From the NCBI GenBank assembly GCA_012521525.1, contig JAAYMG010000037.1, forward strand, positions 1 through 29,258: 29,258 bases of DNA. Direction: 5' to 3'. The notes beneath the pieces were generated by a model, which saw nothing but the letters and a program-made list of their open reading frames with translations, was not told the origin of the DNA and searched no databases. Both the position numbers and the translations under genes were made by a program. This document shows, piece after piece, positions 25,556 to 29,258 of this stretch (its first letter is position 1; each line of letters begins with the position of its first letter). The stretch is from Clostridiales bacterium. Its GTDB lineage: Bacteria; Bacillota; Clostridia; Oscillospirales; JAAYOS01.

Positions 25556-25776
25556 TATACGTACTCACGATATACACCCTGGTCGCGATAATCAATTTGC
25601 CGCCGCTCATCAAGAACGGTCAAAAAAGGGAACTTTTTGCGTTTATAGCTTTCTTCATCGTGGCATTTGTATTGAGCTTGCTTTATGCTATGGATATAGA
25701 GATACCAAGCCCGATGGAAGGACTAAAATATCTCATTGAAGATTTTATGGGGTTAAAATATCCCGAACCAAAGTGA
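25552..25776 (+). CDS. Small two-TM membrane protein, candidate germination receptor D subunit
   Basis: 74 aa, ATGA-coupled to gerKB, RBS GGAGG, two hydrophobic helices and the tail IEIPSPMEGL. Confidence 0.7.
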   Translation: MIYVLTIYTLVAIINLPPLIKNGQKRELFAFIAFFIVAFVLSLLYAMDIEIPSPMEGLKYLIEDFMGLKYPEPK

Positions 25777-25841
25777 GCTGATAAAACGAAATCAAACATT
25801 TACATTTTGACAATGTAATTCGCATTCCGAAATAATTGTGC

Positions 25842-25870
25842 TTGACTTGCTGCGAAATTGTTATTATAAT
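25842..25870 (+). promoter_or_regulatory. sigmaA promoter for tRNA-Ser
   Basis: TTGACT-N17-TATAAT. Confidence 0.8.
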
Positions 25871-25884
25871 AAAAAGGCTGCTAT

Positions 25885-25973
25885 GGAGAGGTATCGAAGT
25901 GGTCATAACGGGGCTGACTCGAAATCAGTTTGTGCGAAAGCACACGCGGGTTCGAATCCCGCCCTCTCCGCCA
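25885..25973 (+). tRNA. tRNA-Ser(CGA)
   Basis: Acceptor stem GGAGAGG / CCCTCTCC-G-CCA with encoded CCA, anticodon arm GCTGA-CT-CGA-AA-TCAGT, long variable arm TGTGC-GAAA-GCACA and T-loop GGTTCGAATCC. Confidence 0.97.
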
Positions 25974-25980
25974 ATATCAG

Positions 25981-26013
25981 GCTAAAAAGTCCTCATTTCG
26001 AGGACTTTTTAGC
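25981..26013. terminator. Bidirectional terminator after the tRNA
   Basis: GCTAAAAAGTCCTC-atttc-GAGGACTTTTTAGC, a perfect 14-bp stem. Confidence 0.85.
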
Positions 26014-26064
26014 ATTTTAAGCGACAAATTCGATTTTACTGTATCTGAATTTTGAGTAATCAAT

Positions 26065-26097
26065 GCTCCCGGAAGCTCCGTTGCCTCCGGGAGTTTA
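26065..26097 (+). terminator. Second hairpin downstream of the tRNA
   Basis: GCTCCCGGAAGC / GCCTCCGGGAGT stem with one mismatch, then TTT. Confidence 0.4.
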
Positions 26098-26251
26098 TTG
26101 ATACCTGCTTTAACATGAGGAACTCAAGGCCTGCATCGGCAGTATCATCTGTATGTTCATATCCCTGATAAAATATTCTGATTTCTTTCACATGGTGCTG
26201 TTTCACTTTTTACTTTACACAACGAAGTCAAAGGGAAAGTCCCTGCAATGT

Positions 26252-26298
26252 GTTGACAATGTAAACACATCGGTATATACTGTGTTTACATTGTAAAC
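26252..26298 (+). promoter_or_regulatory. sigmaA promoter of blaI-like gene with two palindromic operators
   Basis: TTGACA(26253-58)-N17-TATACT(26276-81). Operators are GTTGACAATGTAAAC (26252-66, over the -35) and the perfect GTTTACA-T-TGTAAAC (26284-98, over +1). Confidence 0.85.
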
Positions 26299-26317
26299 AA
26301 TCTGGAGTGAGCATCGA

Positions 26318-26710
26318 ATGAGCGAGCAGAGCATAAGCCTTACCAAAACCGAATGGAACCTCATGGAATGCCTGTGGGAAGCGTCGCCTCGTACCGGCAG
26401 AGAGGCAACGGACTATATGCGTAAACATGTGGGCTGGACCCGGAGCACGACGTTAACTATGCTTCGCCGCATGTCCGAAAAGGGTCTTATCAGCTGTGAA
26501 GAAAAAGAAGGAGTTAAGGTTTACACACCGCTCATCAAGCGTGAAGACGCTGTTATCAGGGAAACGGACGACTTCCTGAAGCGCGTATACAAGGGCAGCA
26601 TCAGCCTCATGATGAGCGCCATCACGAAGAGACAGGAACTCACAAAAGAAGAAATCGATGAACTATACGCCATTCTGCGTGAAGCTGAAGGCAGGGATGG
26701 GGAGAAATGA
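26318..26710 (+). CDS. BlaI/MecI/CopY-family repressor
   Basis: LT..EW.LM..LW, W.RSTTLTML.RM.EKG, YTPLI, F...VY.GS..LM, ELT.EEIDEL. There is no C-terminal CxC, so it is not CopY-type. Confidence 0.92.
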   Translation: MSEQSISLTKTEWNLMECLWEASPRTGREATDYMRKHVGWTRSTTLTMLRRMSEKGLISCEEKEGVKVYTPLIKREDAVIRETDDFLKRVYKGSISLMMSAITKRQELTKEEIDELYAILREAEGRDGEK

Positions 26711-27096
26711 CGGAGCTCATAATCACTTCCTCCGTTCTTATCCTTGTGGTGGTCCTGATGCGGCATTTTTTAAAGGGTAAGATCAGCCTGCGCTTGCAGT
26801 ACGCCCTATGGGCAATGGTGCTGATACGTTTGATGATACCCTTTACCCTTTTTGAAAGCCCCATTAGTGTTATGAATGCAGTCGAACTGTCTTCAGCCTA
26901 CAAGAAGGCCGAACAGACTCTTTCAGAAACCCGGGTATACTCTGACGTGATACGTAACAGTGAACTGACGCCTGATGAGGCTCGTGAAGCCGGAAAAGGG
27001 ACGCTGCATGAGATTTATAAGGTTAGCACGCGACGTGTAAGCATTTTACAGAGGAAAACTTTTCTCGACCAGATTACATATCTGTATATTGCATAA
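26707..27096 (+). pseudogene. Truncated BlaR1/MecR1-like M56 sensor-protease (N-terminal TM fragment only)
   Basis: ATGA-coupled to blaI. SSVLILVV...KISLRLQYALW..V.IRL.IPF is the typical M56 N-terminus. The ORF stops at 129 aa with no HExxH, and a terminator and convergent gene follow within 75 nt. Confidence 0.8.
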
Positions 27097-27099
27097 ATC

Positions 27100-27138
27100 A
27101 AAAACTCTTGGGAGGTTACATCTTCCAAGAGTTTTTTT
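27100..27138. terminator. Bidirectional terminator
   Basis: AAAAACTCTTGGGAG-gttacat-CTTCCAAGAGTTTTT, plus further T residues. Confidence 0.8.
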
Positions 27139-27169
27139 GATTTCGTGATCTGATCAGTTGCGTTTTGAT

Positions 27170-28156
27170 TTACCAGCCTTCGGGGTAATGATCAAAAGCA
27201 CCGATGCTGTTTGCATCAATGAAATTTATTTCAGTATACGGATCGTATGTTATGCTGTCGTTACCGCTAAATAATGTATACCTCTGAATTTCCTTTTCCC
27301 GTTCGAACTGAATGACAACATCATTTCCATCCTGTTTAACCGATAGTACGGAGGACTCGGCAGCATCATCATTCTTTATTACGTAATCCTCAGGAATGAA
27401 CGTGTTGTACAGCCTTACAGATTTTGTACTGCCTGTTAAGTCAACACTGATCCCCGGCGGGCTGGGAGAATCACTGATCCAGGGCATGTGCGGGTGTTCC
27501 TGAAACTCAAACCTTATCCCGTACCAGCCATAAGTAATGATGGATAAGGTTGTGCATTGATAGCCCGGACCACTATCAAACACTTTTTCCGATGGCATGT
27601 AATATCCCTTTTCGATAAAATCGGCATACCTGCTTTCGCCATCATCTATGATCGTTGCATTATAAATTTTCGGAAATCCTTTTGACCCATGAGCGATAAA
27701 AACCGTGTCGAAATTATCGGAACGAATCCATACACTGTATTTACTTATATGAACATCAGATACATTCACATATGTTTTAGTAATAGGTATACGTTCTCCG
27801 CTTATCCTATCAAACCATGCAAATCTAAGAGTATCTGACGACTCTTTATACTTATATGCTACTACTGCAAGATCTCCTGCATCATATATTTCACTAACGA
27901 TTCTGCCATTTTTCAGATAAAATGATTTGATTTCATCATCGGTATATCGTTCACCGGTAGTTGGTTTCTCAAGTTGCCATGCCTTGAGGGCATTGGTTGA
28001 AAGTTCTTGTAAAGTATCATCAGGTTTTTGAGCAGCATTTCTGTCCGAAACTGCATTTTCCGGAGAGAAAGACAGCGGTTCAACCGTATCATCCCCGCAG
28101 GCTGTTAATAATGCTAATATCATAAGCAGAAGCAAAGGCATAATCGTGATTTTCAT
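27170..28156 (-). CDS. Hypothetical lipoprotein (~328 aa)
   Basis: The real start is ATG 28156 (MKITIMPLLLLMILALLTAC, lipobox LTAC) after AAGGA. The ORF-track extension to 28291 overlaps DUF2087. No family recognised. Confidence 0.75.
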   Translation of the reverse strand: MKITIMPLLLLMILALLTACGDDTVEPLSFSPENAVSDRNAAQKPDDTLQELSTNALKAWQLEKPTTGERYTDDEIKSFYLKNGRIVSEIYDAGDLAVVAYKYKESSDTLRFAWFDRISGERIPITKTYVNVSDVHISKYSVWIRSDNFDTVFIAHGSKGFPKIYNATIIDDGESRYADFIEKGYYMPSEKVFDSGPGYQCTTLSIITYGWYGIRFEFQEHPHMPWISDSPSPPGISVDLTGSTKSVRLYNTFIPEDYVIKNDDAAESSVLSVKQDGNDVVIQFEREKEIQRYTLFSGNDSITYDPYTEINFIDANSIGAFDHYPEGW

Positions 28157-28173
28157 ATCCTTACTTCCTTGCT

Positions 28174-28458
28174 CTACACATCCTCTTGCTTTTTTACGAC
28201 CCAATACTCGCTGCCGTTTGGCTTCCTGCCCATAAATCCATACTCTATCAGCATCCTGCGGAGCAGGAAATAATCTCCGAAGGTGTGCCATTTATTTATT
28301 ATTGAGTTCACTTCCTTCTCGGAATAGATGCGATCCTCTTCGAATTTACCGGCAAGGTACTCTACCACAAGGATCTTTTTCTTTGCAGCAGCAGGGTACT
28401 GTTTTATCCTTCCTTCGTCATCCAGAAACACTGCGATATCGGGTGAAATATTGCTCAT
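28174..28458 (-). CDS. DUF2087 domain protein
   Basis: FLD..GRIKQYP...KKK, YSEKEVN, D...LRRMLIEYG.M.R...GS.YW. Start ATG 28458 after GGAGGT. Confidence 0.85.
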   Translation of the reverse strand: MSNISPDIAVFLDDEGRIKQYPAAAKKKILVVEYLAGKFEEDRIYSEKEVNSIINKWHTFGDYFLLRRMLIEYGFMGRKPNGSEYWVVKKQEDV

Positions 28459-28558
28459 AAGAACCTCCATATTGTTTATAAGATTTATTATAGTCCTAAT
28501 CATAAAGAATGTCCATATGTGAGGCACAGGTGTTTATATTTTTATACAGAATCAACTA

Positions 28559-28587
28559 TTGAAATTATCCCCGTTCTACACTATAAT
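28559..28587 (+). promoter_or_regulatory. sigmaA promoter for the aminotransferase
   Basis: TTGAAA-N17-TATAAT. Confidence 0.65.
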
Positions 28588-28704
28588 TAAAGGCACTTGC
28601 AAGATTATGATTTGCAACTTGCAATATAAGTGTTTACGTAATTCAGCCAACCCTTAAAAACAGGCCATATATCATCACTCATCTTCAGTTAGGGGAGAAG
28701 GATT

Positions 28705-29258
28705 ATGCCAAAGCCACTTTCAAATCTTGTATCCACGGTCAAAGCCTCTACAACCATAGCAATAGACTCGATGTATAAAAAGATGAAATCGGAGGGCATC
28801 GATGTAATCGGTTTCGGAGCAGGGGAACCGGATTTCAATACACCGGATAATATCAAACTGGCCGGAATCAGGGCGATAGAAGATAACTTCACACGCTATA
28901 CTCCGTCAAGCGGTATTGAATCGCTGCGGAAGGCCGTTTGCGACAGGTTAAAAGAGGATTGTGGCCTGGATTACACTCCTTCTCAGATCGTAATATCGAA
29001 CGGAGCTAAGCAGAGCCTTTATCTGGCATTGAAGGCAATAACCAATCCCGGAGACGAGATCATCCTGCCCGCTCCATACTGGGTAAGCTATCTTGAGATG
29101 ATAAGGATGACTGGTGGAAATCCGGTAATCGTTGAGACAAGTCAGGATACGGGATGGAAAATGACGGCGGAGATGCTGAAAGCTGCAATCACACCTAAGA
29201 CCAAGGCTCTTATCCTGAACAGTCCGTCAAACCCCTCAGGAGTGGTTTATAACGAAGA
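28705..29258 (+). CDS. aspC: PLP-dependent class I/II aminotransferase, probably aspartate aminotransferase; 5' part, runs off the right edge
   Basis: Not in the ORF track. Hand translation from ATG 28705 (RBS GGGGAG/AAGGA): MPKPLSNLV...FGAGEPDF.TP...RYTPSSG...SNGAKQSL...PGDEII.PAPYWVSY...LNSPSNPSG. Confidence 0.9.
   Translation, partial: MPKPLSNLVSTVKASTTIAIDSMYKKMKSEGIDVIGFGAGEPDFNTPDNIKLAGIRAIEDNFTRYTPSSGIESLRKAVCDRLKEDCGLDYTPSQIVISNGAKQSLYLALKAITNPGDEIILPAPYWVSYLEMIRMTGGNPVIVETSQDTGWKMTAEMLKAAITPKTKALILNSPSNPSGVVYNE

Noticed and set aside
26060-26206. 48-codon minus-strand ORF (VKQHHVKEIRIFYQGYEH...) between tRNA and blaI
   Set aside because: There is no Shine-Dalgarno, it runs through a hairpin, and no family is recognised. 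It could be a gene relic but cannot be supported.
28157-28291. N-terminal extension of the 373-aa ORF
   Set aside because: It overlaps DUF2087 in another frame; the signal peptide, lipobox and RBS place the start at 28156.
28598-28625. Three TTGCAA hexamers in the aspC leader
   Set aside because: They are short palindromes with irregular spacing in AT-rich DNA, and match no regulator I can name.
25950-29258. att-site duplication of the tRNA 3' end, integrase or transposase
   Set aside because: I found no second copy of the tRNA 3' sequence and no recombinase ORF, so no mobile element is called.

Overview
A 29.3 kb chromosomal segment from a spore-forming, anaerobic clostridial Firmicute (inferred from the Ger receptor operon, sigmaA/sigmaG promoters and GGAGG ribosome-binding sites). 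From left to right: (1) two tandem HdrA-like flavoprotein genes, the second degenerate, missing from the ORF track and running off the left edge, transcribed divergently from DUF2284, a RACo/DUF4445 ATP-dependent corrinoid activator, an unknown ORF, and a MetH that lacks its AdoMet reactivation domain; (2) a flavodiiron protein and a Cu/Zn-SOD-like gene, then a membrane GGDEF protein; (3) a nucleoside uptake and salvage block (deoC, BMP-family ABC transporter, xth, tdk, udk); (4) an Rrf2 regulator, yjbQ and a SleB/YkvT-type cell-wall hydrolase; (5) a gerKA-KC-KB-like operon with a small D-subunit-like ORF; (6) tRNA-Ser(CGA), a BlaI-family repressor with a clear palindromic operator, a truncated BlaR1/M56 gene, an AT-rich lipoprotein and DUF2087; (7) the 5' part of an aspartate aminotransferase, also missing from the ORF track. 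I found no CRISPR array, integrase, transposase, rRNA or recognisable riboswitch. The best candidate for an under-described system is the HdrA-like pair / DUF2284 / RACo / activation-less MetH module, flanked by O2 and ROS defence genes. Each part has precedent, and the functional coupling is inference. Most other findings are regulatory motifs or gene-decay signals.
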